DNA of 64,000 bases from Candidatus Latescibacterota bacterium (GTDB lineage Bacteria > Latescibacterota > UBA2968 > GCA-2709665): NCBI GenBank assembly GCA_965219995.1, contig CBDCOX010000002.1:3392001-3456000 (forward strand), written 5' to 3'. The notes below the pieces were generated by a model. The model worked only from the letters and a program-made list of their open reading frames with translations. It ran no database searches and had not been told where the DNA came from. The first letter of the stretch is position 1. Each line of letters opens with the position of its first letter. Both the position numbers and the translations under genes were made by a program. Of the stretch, positions 20,346-30,513 are shown piece by piece.

Positions 20346-21272
20346 TCAGGATGTTTCATTCAGCTTCTCTTCGACCGCGTCGGCTACGGCTTCGATGAAC
20401 GTGGGATCACTATTCATGGACGCAATACGCCTCACGTCGACCCCCCGCGGTCTCGCGATCTCCTGAAGGCCGATATCGATATCGTACAGAATCTCCACGT
20501 GGTCGCAAACGAATCCGATGGGCGCCACGAGCACCTGCCGGTATCCCTGATCGGCAAGGTCCGGGATCACGTCCTCGATCTGAGGGCCCAGCCACGGTTC
20601 TCCCGTATGAGCGGCGCTCTGATAGGATAACATCCAGTCCACGTCTCCAAGCCGTTCCGCGACCGCGTTCGCATTGCCCTTCAGTTCCTCGTCGTAGCGA
20701 TCGCCCATCTTCAGCAGGCGCGCCGGGAGGCTGTGCGCCGTAAAGACGACCTTCACCGTATTCAGCTGCGCCCCGGGAAAAGACGCCAGCCCCGCGCGAA
20801 CGTGTGCGACCTGGGCATCGAGTAACGCCGGTTGCCGCCACCAGGAATCCACGAACGAGAACCGTATCCGGCTTCCCGCCGTTTTCGCGGATGCGTCGAC
20901 CGCCTCCCGGTACCGTCCGATGCTCAGGCGGGAGTAGTGCGGAGCCATGACAATGGCCACCCCCTCCTCCACGCCATCCTCGCTCATCCGGCGCACGGTG
21001 TCCCCAATCCGGGGGGACCAGTGCCGCATGCCCACGTAGACGCGCACATCGCGCCCGCGAGCCCGCAAGGTCCGCTCGGTGCAGGCCGCCTGTTCATACG
21101 TGTTCTCGTTGAGCGGCGACCTGCCGCCGATCTGCGCGTACCGGCGCCTGAATTCCTCCACGAATTCGGGTGACATCGGACGCCCGCCCCGGATATCGTT
21201 CAGGTAGGCCTCCATGTCGTCCAGGGAATCCGGACTGCCGTACGCGAGCATCAGCACCGCTTTTTCTGCCAT
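20346..21272 (-). CDS. hemH: Ferrochelatase
   Basis: LMAYGSP, RYAQIGGRSPL, FTAHSLP, YQS...WLGP, GFVCDHVEILYDIDI. Confidence 0.95.
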   Translation of the reverse strand: MAEKAVLMLAYGSPDSLDDMEAYLNDIRGGRPMSPEFVEEFRRRYAQIGGRSPLNENTYEQAACTERTLRARGRDVRVYVGMRHWSPRIGDTVRRMSEDGVEEGVAIVMAPHYSRLSIGRYREAVDASAKTAGSRIRFSFVDSWWRQPALLDAQVAHVRAGLASFPGAQLNTVKVVFTAHSLPARLLKMGDRYDEELKGNANAVAERLGDVDWMLSYQSAAHTGEPWLGPQIEDVIPDLADQGYRQVLVAPIGFVCDHVEILYDIDIGLQEIARPRGVDVRRIASMNSDPTFIEAVADAVEEKLNETS

Positions 21273-21278
21273 TGCGAT

Positions 21279-22310
21279 CTATCCGTATGCGTGCACGAAG
21301 TCGACCAGCGCAGCCACGTGCTCGACCGGCGTGTGTTGCAGGATGCCGTGGCCGAGGTTGAAAATGTGTCCCGGCCGCCCCCGGACGCTGTCCAGGATCC
21401 GGGAGGCGCGCCGTTCGATCACAGGCACCGGCGCGAAAAGCACCGTCGGATCCAGATTCCCCTGCACCGCCACGTCCGCACCCAGCCGGTCCCACGCTTC
21501 GTCGAGTTCGATGCGCCAGTCCACCCCGATCACGTCGCCGCCCGCGCGCTTCAGGAGCGGCAGCATACCCGATGTTCCAGTACCGAAATGGATCACCGGC
21601 ACGTCGCAGGTGTCGGCGACCATCTGTATTGCCCGCCGCGTGTGCGGCAGAACGTATTCCGCGTAATCCGCGGGGCTCAACGCGCCCGCCCAACTGTCGA
21701 ACAGCTGCAGCGCCTGCGCCCCGGCCGCGGCCTGGGTCTGAAGGTAGTCTCCGACGGCCGCGGACATCTTTTCCATCAGGCGCCGCCATGTCTCCGGCTG
21801 CTCGTACATGAGGCCCTTGGCGATCCGGTAGTCGCGCGAAGCGCCGCCTTCCACCGCGTAACAGACCAGCGTGAACGGGGCGCCGGAAAACCCGATCAGC
21901 GGAACCGTACCATCCAGCGCGCGTCGCACCTCGCGGATGGCCGACGCGGCGAAATCCATGGCGTCCGCCGCGGGACGAACGGTGAGGGCTTCCACGTCCG
22001 CGGCCGTCCGGACCGGGTTGTGGATCACGGGGCCCGCGCCCCCGATGTACTCCAGTTCCAGGCCCATCGGCTCCAGGAGCGGAAGGATATCCTGGAAGAT
22101 AATGGCCGCGTCCACGTTAAACGCATTCACGGGCTGCAACGTGATCTCGGTGGCGATCTCCGGCGTCTTGACCATCTCCAGAAAGGCGTGCCGTTCCTTC
22201 AACTTCCGGTATTCGGGCATATAGCGGCCGGCCTGGCGCATCAGCCAGACGGGCGTCGCGTCCACCGCCTCGCGGCGGCATGCTTTCAGAAATCGGTTGG
22301 CTCGGGACAT
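21279..22310 (-). CDS. hemE: Uroporphyrinogen decarboxylase
   Basis: [41 protein letters not shown]. Confidence 0.97.
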   Translation of the reverse strand: MSRANRFLKACRREAVDATPVWLMRQAGRYMPEYRKLKERHAFLEMVKTPEIATEITLQPVNAFNVDAAIIFQDILPLLEPMGLELEYIGGAGPVIHNPVRTAADVEALTVRPAADAMDFAASAIREVRRALDGTVPLIGFSGAPFTLVCYAVEGGASRDYRIAKGLMYEQPETWRRLMEKMSAAVGDYLQTQAAAGAQALQLFDSWAGALSPADYAEYVLPHTRRAIQMVADTCDVPVIHFGTGTSGMLPLLKRAGGDVIGVDWRIELDEAWDRLGADVAVQGNLDPTVLFAPVPVIERRASRILDSVRGRPGHIFNLGHGILQHTPVEHVAALVDFVHAYG

Positions 22311-22404
22311 AGGCACGGGACCGCGTCAGGATTCGCCATCGGATTCAAACAAAGCAGGGGCACGACGTTCCGTGCCCCTGCCGAATTGCAAAACCAGCGC
22401 GCTG

Positions 22405-23022
22405 CTACGCTTCAAGTTCGTTGAAATGCGTGACCACCTTGCTGATCAGACCGTATTTTACCGCTTCCTGTGCGGACATCCAGTAGTCCCGGTCCGTATC
22501 TTCCACGACTTTGTCCAGCGGCTGGCCGGTCTCCTGGGCATACAGTTCGTTGATCCGCTCGCGGAGGATGAGAATCTGTTCCGCCGTGCGTTTGACGTCT
22601 TCCGCGGTGCCCACCATCCGCATGGACGGCTGATGGATCATGATTCGCGCGTTCGGCAGGGCGAACCGGTTCCCCTTTTCCGCGGCCAGCATGATCACCG
22701 TGGCCGCGCTGGCGGACAACCCCACGCTGACGATTCTCACCGGCGGGCGAATGAAGCGAATCAGGTCGTAAATGGCGAAGCCGTCGTCCGCGCTGCCTCC
22801 CGGCGAGTTGATCAGAATCGTAATCGGTTTTTCCGGATCGTCGCTGTCCATCAGCAACAACTGGGCGATCACCCGCGTTGTCAGCTTATGGTCGATCGGA
22901 TCGGATATCAGAATGGTGCGCGCCTTGATCAGGCTCCTGACGACGAACTCGCCCTGACCCCCGGGCTGCGCTTCTTCCTCTTCTTCTTCTGCCGGATCTT
23001 CGTTCAACAGGTACTCGTGCAT
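22405..23022 (-). CDS. clpP: ATP-dependent Clp protease proteolytic subunit
   Basis: INSPGG, GLSASAA (Ser), IMIHQP (His), DRDYW (Asp), EAVKYGLI. Confidence 0.93.
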   Translation of the reverse strand: MHEYLLNEDPAEEEEEEAQPGGQGEFVVRSLIKARTILISDPIDHKLTTRVIAQLLLMDSDDPEKPITILINSPGGSADDGFAIYDLIRFIRPPVRIVSVGLSASAATVIMLAAEKGNRFALPNARIMIHQPSMRMVGTAEDVKRTAEQILILRERINELYAQETGQPLDKVVEDTDRDYWMSAQEAVKYGLISKVVTHFNELEA

Positions 23023-23090
23023 CGCAACCCCTTCTTCCCACAAATAACGCGTGAATTGACAACCGGTTTGCCGGCTTTTGAAGCCCGCTC

Positions 23091-23119
23091 AATTTATCCT
23101 ATAACCCCAGCATTGTCAA
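23091..23119 (-). promoter_or_regulatory. Sigma70-type promoter upstream of clpP
   Basis: Minus strand TTGACA-N17-TAAATT. Confidence 0.6.
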
Positions 23120-23185
23120 GGGCATTCGCCGGATTTGAACGCCTGCGGAATTCGCGTGTGCGCACGCCGGCGCTTCCGCCGGAGC

Positions 23186-24445
23186 TCAGCCTACCGACAT
23201 CGCCGCGCTGAGAATCCGCGAGGTGCCGGGCCGCATGATGCGCGGATCCACCGCCTCCCCCTTCAGCAGCATCTCCCGCACCTGTTTTCCTGAAATGAAC
23301 ACGGGCTGTTCGTCCGGATGGCTTTCCATCAGGTCCACCCGTCCCAGCGATTCGTAGAACGCGGCGAAACCCACGTTCAGGGGGCGGATCTCCAGGTTCC
23401 CGTTCAGGCGATCGAACACCTCCTGCGCGTCGAAATCTCCCCAGATCGGGCTGCCGTCGTGATAGGGCGCATCGGCGTGTTTGCGACCGATGATAATATC
23501 GGTAAAGCCGAAGTTCTGGCGGTAGATCGCGTGCATCACCGCCTCCTTCGGGCCGGCGTAGAACATCTTGATATCCAGGCCGACGAGAATCACCCGGTCG
23601 GGCACGGCCTCGCCCCTGGGTTCCCACAATCCGGCATCGCTGTCCCCTTCGCCCAATCCGCGGGACTCGATCAGCGCCTCGTAGGTCCGCATCCGGATTT
23701 CCGCATTGACGTCGTCGGATTTGGTTTCTCCCACCAGAGGGTTCAGACAGGCCCCGGCGTCGATCCCCTTTCGAATCAGGGTTTCCAGTCCGTGGACCAG
23801 GGCGTACTCGTGGGCCCGGTGCAGCGGGTTGCGGGTCTGAAACGCGACCACCCGCCGCCAGCCCGTTTCGGAGAGGAGACGACGGACCTCCGCCGGCGTG
23901 TGCATATAACGGCCGAACGCGGGATGCTTCGGTTGCGGCAGTACCCTGATGGCTCCTCCCACGAGGTGCGTCTTGTCCGCATCGCCGTTCAGAACCATAT
24001 CCGCGCCGGGATGGTCGGTCCGCTCCGTGAGGTAGACGCTCTTCAGATACGCATGCTTGTCCCAGGGGTAGACGTCAGTGATTCCTAGGGTACCCGCAAG
24101 CTCGCCGTCCGGCCGCTCAAGGGCAACCGTCTGCCCCGCCTCCAGCTGCCCGGCCAGGTCGCTCGAAACCGGAAGCGCCAGCGGAATGGTCCAGGCGTAC
24201 AGCTTCCCGTTGCAGTCTATGACACTCTCGTCGAGCACCCTGTGGTACGTCTCAGCGTCCATCGGACCGGTGAGCGGACTCAGCCCGCCGTCACCGAAAC
24301 GGTAAACCGTGGACAGATCGGCCTCGCTGACCGGAACGCGGGCCAGTTTCGACGCGTTCTCGCGAAAATCCTCCTGCTCGTCGTCCGGAACCATGCGCCA
24401 AACCGGCGCCGGCAGCCCCCCATGCGGCGGTATCAGATCGGACAT
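23186..24445 (-). CDS. sat: Sulfate adenylyltransferase (ATP sulfurylase)
   Basis: [55 protein letters not shown]. Confidence 0.95.
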   Translation of the reverse strand: MSDLIPPHGGLPAPVWRMVPDDEQEDFRENASKLARVPVSEADLSTVYRFGDGGLSPLTGPMDAETYHRVLDESVIDCNGKLYAWTIPLALPVSSDLAGQLEAGQTVALERPDGELAGTLGITDVYPWDKHAYLKSVYLTERTDHPGADMVLNGDADKTHLVGGAIRVLPQPKHPAFGRYMHTPAEVRRLLSETGWRRVVAFQTRNPLHRAHEYALVHGLETLIRKGIDAGACLNPLVGETKSDDVNAEIRMRTYEALIESRGLGEGDSDAGLWEPRGEAVPDRVILVGLDIKMFYAGPKEAVMHAIYRQNFGFTDIIIGRKHADAPYHDGSPIWGDFDAQEVFDRLNGNLEIRPLNVGFAAFYESLGRVDLMESHPDEQPVFISGKQVREMLLKGEAVDPRIMRPGTSRILSAAMSVG

Positions 24446-24533
24446 AGGTGAGACAATCCTCCAAATCGTCATACATCCAGGGTCATCACGTAGCCCCGGC
24501 ATTCACGGAAATGTGCCTGTACTCTGATCCGCT

Positions 24534-24584
24534 CCCTGAGCTTGCGGTGCCCTGAGCCTGTCGAAGGGTCGAAGGGTCGAAGGG
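24534..24584. repeat. Nested CCCTGAGCCTGTCGAAGGG-type short repeat
   Basis: CCCTGAGCTTG-CGGTG-CCCTGAGCCT-GTCGAAGG-GTCGAAGG-GTCGAAGG-G: two heads and three tails. Confidence 0.7.
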
Positions 24585-24953
24585 TCGGTACGGAACCCGC
24601 CGAATCAGAAAGCGATAAATATACCCTAAAACCCACCGCAGGGCAAAAAAGATGCGCCGATAACAGGCAAGAGAGCCGTTTGCCTAACAGTTTATCTCAT
24701 TTGCTGTGCAACGGGAGGTAAAATTGAAGATATCGAAGAAGGAGAGGGTCACGCTCGTACCTGCTGATGTCGGAGTAAGGGTGATAATTTCGCGTGGATT
24801 CAGGTTGACAACGACTCTGCCGGGCCGTACGATACTGAGAGACGTTGCATTTTGCGACATGCGCAATGCCTTGAATCGCCTCCATGCATTACCGTCACTG
24901 ATGCAAACCGACAGGAGACCCGTAAGCCTCCGGCCAATCTCCATTGAACCCTT

Positions 24954-26063
24954 ATGAATCAGCGATTACCACATTCAGATCAACTGGATATCGCAACACT
25001 GAGTAGATTGTTCAGGCATACGACAAATTCGTACAAGTATCTCTTTTTTATGTCGTTGCTGACGATGTTAAAGGACAGGCATTTCCTGGTCAAGGATGGC
25101 ATTAAGCTCAGCGAAATCGAGATTGAGATGCTGGTTACCGCATGGTATCCCCATGTTTTTTTCAGGTTGTCATTTGGCACGCAGGACCAGATCGCTCAGG
25201 TACTGAATTCTATCGAGTACATCAAGGATGACAGAAATTACCTGTCATCAACGGGGCGCAGGAAATTGAGGAAACATCTCGCCCGCAATAGTAAGTCGTC
25301 GGATTACAAATTAACGCGTTTCGTCCCGTTTCGAATACTACGCCCGTTTTTCTCCACGGAAACGAGAGGAATACCAGATCAAAGGGTGAACCGCGAGGTC
25401 TCCAGTCTCGCCGCCGAACAATTCCATGTACGACGCCCTCTTTTCCGCTTCGACGATTGTGAAAGAAGAATCTTTATGCATCCGGATTGGGTTGCCTATA
25501 TGAAAGAACATCAGACGATTCTCGAGGGGTGGGGGCTATGGCATTGGTCAGATTATATGCAGCGACGGAATCCAGGTATTCCCGCTGTAACGCGAAAGTT
25601 GTTTCCCCCGGATCGGAGAGCGCCACTCTACGCACAGCGTAGGTTCTGGGATGCTGCGATCGATGAAACGAACATACGATGCATCTACACAGGAAAGAAG
25701 CTGGTTCACGGATATGAATTGGATCACTTCCTGCCGTGGAGATTCGTAGCTCACGATCAGTTGTGGAATCTCATACCCGTCGATTCCCGGGCGAACAGTT
25801 CCAAAAGCGATCAAATTCCTTCAGAGATTTACATCGACCGCCTGGCTGAAATCCAGAGTGTCGCGCTATCAATTGCAAGGGACAGCATGAGCGATGCGAA
25901 ATGGAAAAAGGAAGTTGAACCCTATTCCACGGACCTTTATATTGACGATGTTGAGACTCTGGATCGCGAGAAACTTAAGTCTGCATATTGCAGAACGTTG
26001 AGGCCGCTGATGTCAATTGCGGAACAACAGGGATTCCAAAGCGGGTGGATCTATGAAGCATAG
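24954..26063 (+). CDS. HNH endonuclease domain protein (putative restriction/defence nuclease)
   Basis: CIYTG...ELDHFLPW...LWNLIPV...ANSSKSD HNH motif; N-terminal TNSYKY; visibly more AT-rich than neighbours. Confidence 0.85.
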   Translation: MNQRLPHSDQLDIATLSRLFRHTTNSYKYLFFMSLLTMLKDRHFLVKDGIKLSEIEIEMLVTAWYPHVFFRLSFGTQDQIAQVLNSIEYIKDDRNYLSSTGRRKLRKHLARNSKSSDYKLTRFVPFRILRPFFSTETRGIPDQRVNREVSSLAAEQFHVRRPLFRFDDCERRIFMHPDWVAYMKEHQTILEGWGLWHWSDYMQRRNPGIPAVTRKLFPPDRRAPLYAQRRFWDAAIDETNIRCIYTGKKLVHGYELDHFLPWRFVAHDQLWNLIPVDSRANSSKSDQIPSEIYIDRLAEIQSVALSIARDSMSDAKWKKEVEPYSTDLYIDDVETLDREKLKSAYCRTLRPLMSIAEQQGFQSGWIYEA

Positions 26064-26219
26064 CGCTATGCATTGAATATCCTTATTCCGAGCCCGTTAA
26101 GTCACGGGCAAATGGACAACAGGTCCGGCAAAAACAACACCCCGAGAGAGTAATCTCCGGGGGTTCGTTCGTTCGTGTCGTCTTCGGTGTGGCTGGCGTT
26201 CCGGATGATTGTCGCCAGG

Positions 26220-29200
26220 TTAAAACGACGTGCCGAGGTGGAGGTGGGGGACGGCGCCCTTGGGTTCGGTGAAGCCGTATGCAGCGCCGATGCGGAAGCG
26301 GAACGGCACACAGAGCATGCCCACGGCGTACACGACCTCGCCACCGGCGGCCAGGAGCGGCTGCGGCCTGGCTGCCCGGGAGTTGTCGCGGCCCCAGGCG
26401 TTGCCGGCGTCTGCGAAGAGCGTGAGGAACGCGCGGTCGAGGTGCAGCAGGTCCGTGCGATAGGCGCGGTTCGCCAGGGTAGCCGGCAGGCGGAGTTCGA
26501 GCGACGCGGTCCAGGCGCGCCGTCCCGAGCGGGGCGTCCCTTCGTATCCCCGAACAGGAAACACGCGCCGGTCCGAGCCGCCAATGCTGAAGTGCCCCCT
26601 GCCGCTGCCCGGCCCGCGCGCGATGCCCGCGCTCGCCCGGAGCGCCAGCACCGGCGCGGCGAATCCGCCTCCGGGCAGCTTCACGTATGCCCTGACGTCG
26701 CCGGTTGCGTCGTCCAGCGACCGGTCATCCGATGAACCCCGGTCCAGGTCGATGCGCCGCCTGGCCACGACGGAGAATGACGCGCCCGCGGCCTGCCCGA
26801 GCTGAAACGCGTGGGACCGGGCGGTCGAGGCGCGGAAGCGGGCCGCCACTTCCGCCAGCGTGCTGCTGGGGGTCTCGAATTGAGGCAGTTCATTTCGATT
26901 GAGCTCGGAATCCAGCGCCTCCCGGTCCTCCCTCAGAACGCCGCCGGAGAGCGAGAGTGAAAGGTTGCTCCACGCCCTGGGGCGCGCTACTCCCACTGAG
27001 AGTCCCGCATAGCGTGTTCGTTCGAGAACAAACGTGGTGTCGACCGGTGCGTCGTTTTCTTTCCTCACCCTGACGAGTTCCTCGTCCCAGTTCTGCGACA
27101 CGGTCAGGCCAAGCGCGGGATTGCCGAGCCCGGCATACCGGTACGTCAGAAAACCCGCCGCTCTACCGCCCGAATATCCTCCAGTCGGGAGAAAGGCGCG
27201 CGCAGTCAGTGCATACGTGTGTCGTCCCACGAGGTCCACCCCGGAGGTAAAGGCGCCAACGGACGCGCCGAGGACCTTCGTCCGGGGGTTTGCCCCGCTC
27301 CCCGCACTCGAGAAAGAATACGTCCCGATGGGTATCCAATAGCGCGGCAGCAGGGTCTGCAGTGGCGAATATGCGCGTATTTGACCGACGGCGGGTGCGT
27401 GGGAGTCACTCGCGATCGCCGCGACCTCGCGAGCGGTTCTGCCCGCGGCGGAGTCTGTCGAATCGAGACGGTGTTCAGGCGCCAGGGGAGCGTGGTCCGG
27501 ATCGAACGGAATGCGTTCGACCTCCCATCCGTCCACATGATACCCGGAGACATAGAGCCACTTCCCCGATGGATCCACGCTCGGCATGGCAGCGCCCGTA
27601 CGGACGTTCGTGAGCATGACCGGCGCTGTGGCCTTCGCACCGTCGAAACGCGCCGCAAGGATGTTCAGAATGCCGGTCCGGTCGGACGCCCACACCAGCC
27701 ACCGCCCGTCCGGGCTCCATGCGGGCGCGAAATCCAGCGCGCGGTCCCGGGTGACCTGGCTGACGAGGCCGCCGCGTTCGTCGAGGACGACGATGTCTTG
27801 ATTCCCGCCCGACCATCGGGTCGCGGCAATCCGCCGCCCGTCGGGTGAGACCCCCGGAAATGCCCAATAGACGCCTTCTTCGGGGCGAACCAGCGTATCG
27901 ATAGCGCCGGTATTGGTATTGACGCGGACAAGGCCGTTCGTGCCTTCTCCTTCAGCAACGGCGACCACCCGGTCCCCCGGGCCGGCCGACGGTGCGCTCA
28001 GACGGGCGGCGTTGGTCAATCGCTGCACGGCGCCGTCCGGAGTCACCCGGTAGAGGTCTCTGTATATCCGGTACAGTCCGGAGAATTCCAACTGGTCGAC
28101 GACAATGTCGCCGTTCGGCGCGAATGTGAACCGGCGTCCGCGGGTTCGGGCGATCGTTGATTCGCGGCCGCCGTTCGGATACGCGGAAACAAGCCTGGTA
28201 TCGGATCGGCCATCGGAGCGGATATAGATCAGCGCCGATCCATCCGGCGACACCTTCGGATGGTCCGCATAGCGGGCGCCGCGAGTCAGTCGTTCAGGTT
28301 GGGTGATCGCACCGAACCTCGCGAGCCGGGCGTCCAGTCCCGCCGCCGAGTCCCGCCACGCATCCGCCCACGCGGCCCATTCGTGCGACATGCTGACACC
28401 GAAGGCGCTTCTTCCTGCCGCGTTCAGCCGATAGGGTATCCACTGTTTCTCCACGGCCTCGACAAAGGCCTCCATCCGGTCCCGCCCGTGCTTCCGCAGC
28501 AGGTATTCGAAGAACATCGGTCCGTACGTGTACGCGCGATTTCCGCCAGGCCATTGCGGAGACGGACCCCCCGCCTGGCCGATGGTTTCGAAACGGCCCT
28601 CCAGCGCCGCCGTCCGCAGCACCATCTCGTTAAAGGTCCCCAGCACGCGGCCCCTGCCCGTGAGTGCGGATTCGTACCACGTCCCGATGCCTTCGATGAC
28701 CCACCTTGGCGATGTCAAGGCGGGAAAACCGAAAACCGGCGCCGGAATCCGGCCGAATAATCCCCGAACGCTGTATCGGCCTGGCCGGTTGAGGTGAAAA
28801 ATGTGTGTCAGTTCGTGAACGATCAAAAGTTGCTGCCAGTCGTCGAAGTAACCAAGTTGGAAACTGTCGACAGGCGGCCGCGCGAACAGGACGATACGGT
28901 TCGACGGAAAAGGGGTCGCGTAGCCGTTGGAGACGTCGGTGTGATCGGTGAGGACGATATCGATAGGACCTTCCGGCCCATGGACGAAATGTTCGGACAG
29001 CCGCGCGTGGGCCCACTCCGCCTGCCCGGCCGCCCTGCGCGCAAGCGCCTCGAGATGCCCGGGAAACGTAATGCGGAAGTGCTCCGTATCGAGTGTGCGC
29101 CAGGGTGCGTCCGGCGGAGGAAAACGCTGCGCCACAGCCGGTGCGGCGCAATAGGCGATGCACGCCAGCAAGACCGGCAGCGTCCGCCGGACACGGGAAG

Positions 29201-29234
29201 CCGGACCGCGCGATGTGAAGAGAGAGGGTTTCAA
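26220..29234 (-). CDS. Outer-membrane protein: peptidase MA-like domain + TolB/PD40 beta-propeller + Omp85-like barrel
   Basis: Signal peptide; WRTLDTEHFRI; HELTH (HEXXH) with downstream WVIEG; SPDG repeats; C-terminal VRGY and beta-signal ending GTSF. Confidence 0.8.
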   Translation of the reverse strand: MKPSLFTSRGPASRVRRTLPVLLACIAYCAAPAVAQRFPPPDAPWRTLDTEHFRITFPGHLEALARRAAGQAEWAHARLSEHFVHGPEGPIDIVLTDHTDVSNGYATPFPSNRIVLFARPPVDSFQLGYFDDWQQLLIVHELTHIFHLNRPGRYSVRGLFGRIPAPVFGFPALTSPRWVIEGIGTWYESALTGRGRVLGTFNEMVLRTAALEGRFETIGQAGGPSPQWPGGNRAYTYGPMFFEYLLRKHGRDRMEAFVEAVEKQWIPYRLNAAGRSAFGVSMSHEWAAWADAWRDSAAGLDARLARFGAITQPERLTRGARYADHPKVSPDGSALIYIRSDGRSDTRLVSAYPNGGRESTIARTRGRRFTFAPNGDIVVDQLEFSGLYRIYRDLYRVTPDGAVQRLTNAARLSAPSAGPGDRVVAVAEGEGTNGLVRVNTNTGAIDTLVRPEEGVYWAFPGVSPDGRRIAATRWSGGNQDIVVLDERGGLVSQVTRDRALDFAPAWSPDGRWLVWASDRTGILNILAARFDGAKATAPVMLTNVRTGAAMPSVDPSGKWLYVSGYHVDGWEVERIPFDPDHAPLAPEHRLDSTDSAAGRTAREVAAIASDSHAPAVGQIRAYSPLQTLLPRYWIPIGTYSFSSAGSGANPRTKVLGASVGAFTSGVDLVGRHTYALTARAFLPTGGYSGGRAAGFLTYRYAGLGNPALGLTVSQNWDEELVRVRKENDAPVDTTFVLERTRYAGLSVGVARPRAWSNLSLSLSGGVLREDREALDSELNRNELPQFETPSSTLAEVAARFRASTARSHAFQLGQAAGASFSVVARRRIDLDRGSSDDRSLDDATGDVRAYVKLPGGGFAAPVLALRASAGIARGPGSGRGHFSIGGSDRRVFPVRGYEGTPRSGRRAWTASLELRLPATLANRAYRTDLLHLDRAFLTLFADAGNAWGRDNSRAARPQPLLAAGGEVVYAVGMLCVPFRFRIGAAYGFTEPKGAVPHLHLGTSF

Positions 29235-29235
29235 T

Positions 29236-30510
29236 TCAGTTACCGGTCTCCTTGTTTCCTGCCGCCGACGCCTCCTCCTCGGGCCGGGCGTCGTGGAGGG
29301 CGCCGAAACGTCTCAATCCCGGCACACCGGCCGCGGCGCCGAGGACAACGACGACCGTCCCGATGCCACCGCTGACCACCGAGACGACCGGCCCGAACCA
29401 GTGGGCGACCAGGCCGGACTCCAGGCCGCCGAGTTCGTTGGAAGCGCCAATGAAGACGTAGTTGACGGCGAGCACGCGCCCGCGCATCCGGTTGGTCGTG
29501 AGCAACTGGACGAGGGTGTGCCGGACGACCATGCTGACGTTGTCGAAAGCGCCGGTGAGGAAAAGCATCGCCAGCGAGAGCCAGAACGATTGAGAAAAAC
29601 CGAAGACGATCGTGGCCGCGCCGAATCCCGCCACGGCCAACAGGAGGTTCCGGCCCGCGCGCCGCATGGGAGGCAGGTAGGCCAGGAGGATGGCCATGCA
29701 GAATGCGCCGACGCCGGGAGCGGCCCGAAGCCAGCCGAAGCCCTGAGGGCCGACGTGAAGGATTTCCTCCGCATAGATCGGCAGCAGGTAGACGGCGCCG
29801 CCCAACAGCACGGCGAACATATCCAGCGCCATCAGGGAAAAGATCAGGCGGGTTCGCCAGACGTAGCGGATGCCCGCCAGCAGGGTTGTTAGCGACGGGG
29901 GTTCCGCTCTCTCGGACTCTGTACGGAACGACACGCGCGTGAGGAGACCGACGAAGACGAGGGTGCTCGCCGCGCTGAGCGCGTAGGCGGCGGGAACGCT
30001 GAACAGCACGACAAAACCGCCCAGGGCCGGGCCGACCACCCATGCCATCTGCATCAGGCTGGTGTTCCACGTAACGGCAATCGGAAAGATGTCTCTCGGT
30101 ACGAGCAGGGGTACCAGGGCGGTCCTGGCCGGACGGCCCAGACAGGTGGCCGTCGCATCCAGCGCCAGCAACGCGTACATCAGGAAGATCGGCCCCTTCC
30201 CGATGGAGAGCGCCAGGAGCGCCAGCGACGTCAGGGTCGTGCCCAGCATGCTGAAGATGACCACCCGGCGGCGGTCGAACCGGTCCGCCAGGTAGCCCGC
30301 GGGCAGGGCCAGGAGGATGGTGGGCAGGGCCTGCGCGAGCCCGACCAGGCCCAGGGAGAGCGCCTGTCCGGTGCGCTGGTAGATCTCCCATCCGATGGCG
30401 ATGCTCTGGATCTGGTTCCCCACGATGGCGAAGAACCAGCCCAGGATGTAACGCCGGTAGTTGGCAATGCGGAAGGCCGCGTAGGGATCGTGCTTCCCGG
30501 ATGGAGGGAT
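29236..30510 (-). CDS. MFS transporter (MFS_3/EntS-like); start codon uncertain
   Basis: AGYLADRFDRRR motif A, DMFAVLLGGA, FIGASNELG; family-like sequence (HDPYAAFRIANYRRY) extends upstream of the ORF-track GTG at 30423 to the TAG at 30514-30516. Confidence 0.85.
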   Translation of the reverse strand: MPPSGKHDPYAAFRIANYRRYILGWFFAIVGNQIQSIAIGWEIYQRTGQALSLGLVGLAQALPTILLALPAGYLADRFDRRRVVIFSMLGTTLTSLALLALSIGKGPIFLMYALLALDATATCLGRPARTALVPLLVPRDIFPIAVTWNTSLMQMAWVVGPALGGFVVLFSVPAAYALSAASTLVFVGLLTRVSFRTESERAEPPSLTTLLAGIRYVWRTRLIFSLMALDMFAVLLGGAVYLLPIYAEEILHVGPQGFGWLRAAPGVGAFCMAILLAYLPPMRRAGRNLLLAVAGFGAATIVFGFSQSFWLSLAMLFLTGAFDNVSMVVRHTLVQLLTTNRMRGRVLAVNYVFIGASNELGGLESGLVAHWFGPVVSVVSGGIGTVVVVLGAAAGVPGLRRFGALHDARPEEEASAAGNKETGN

Positions 30511-30513
30511 CGC

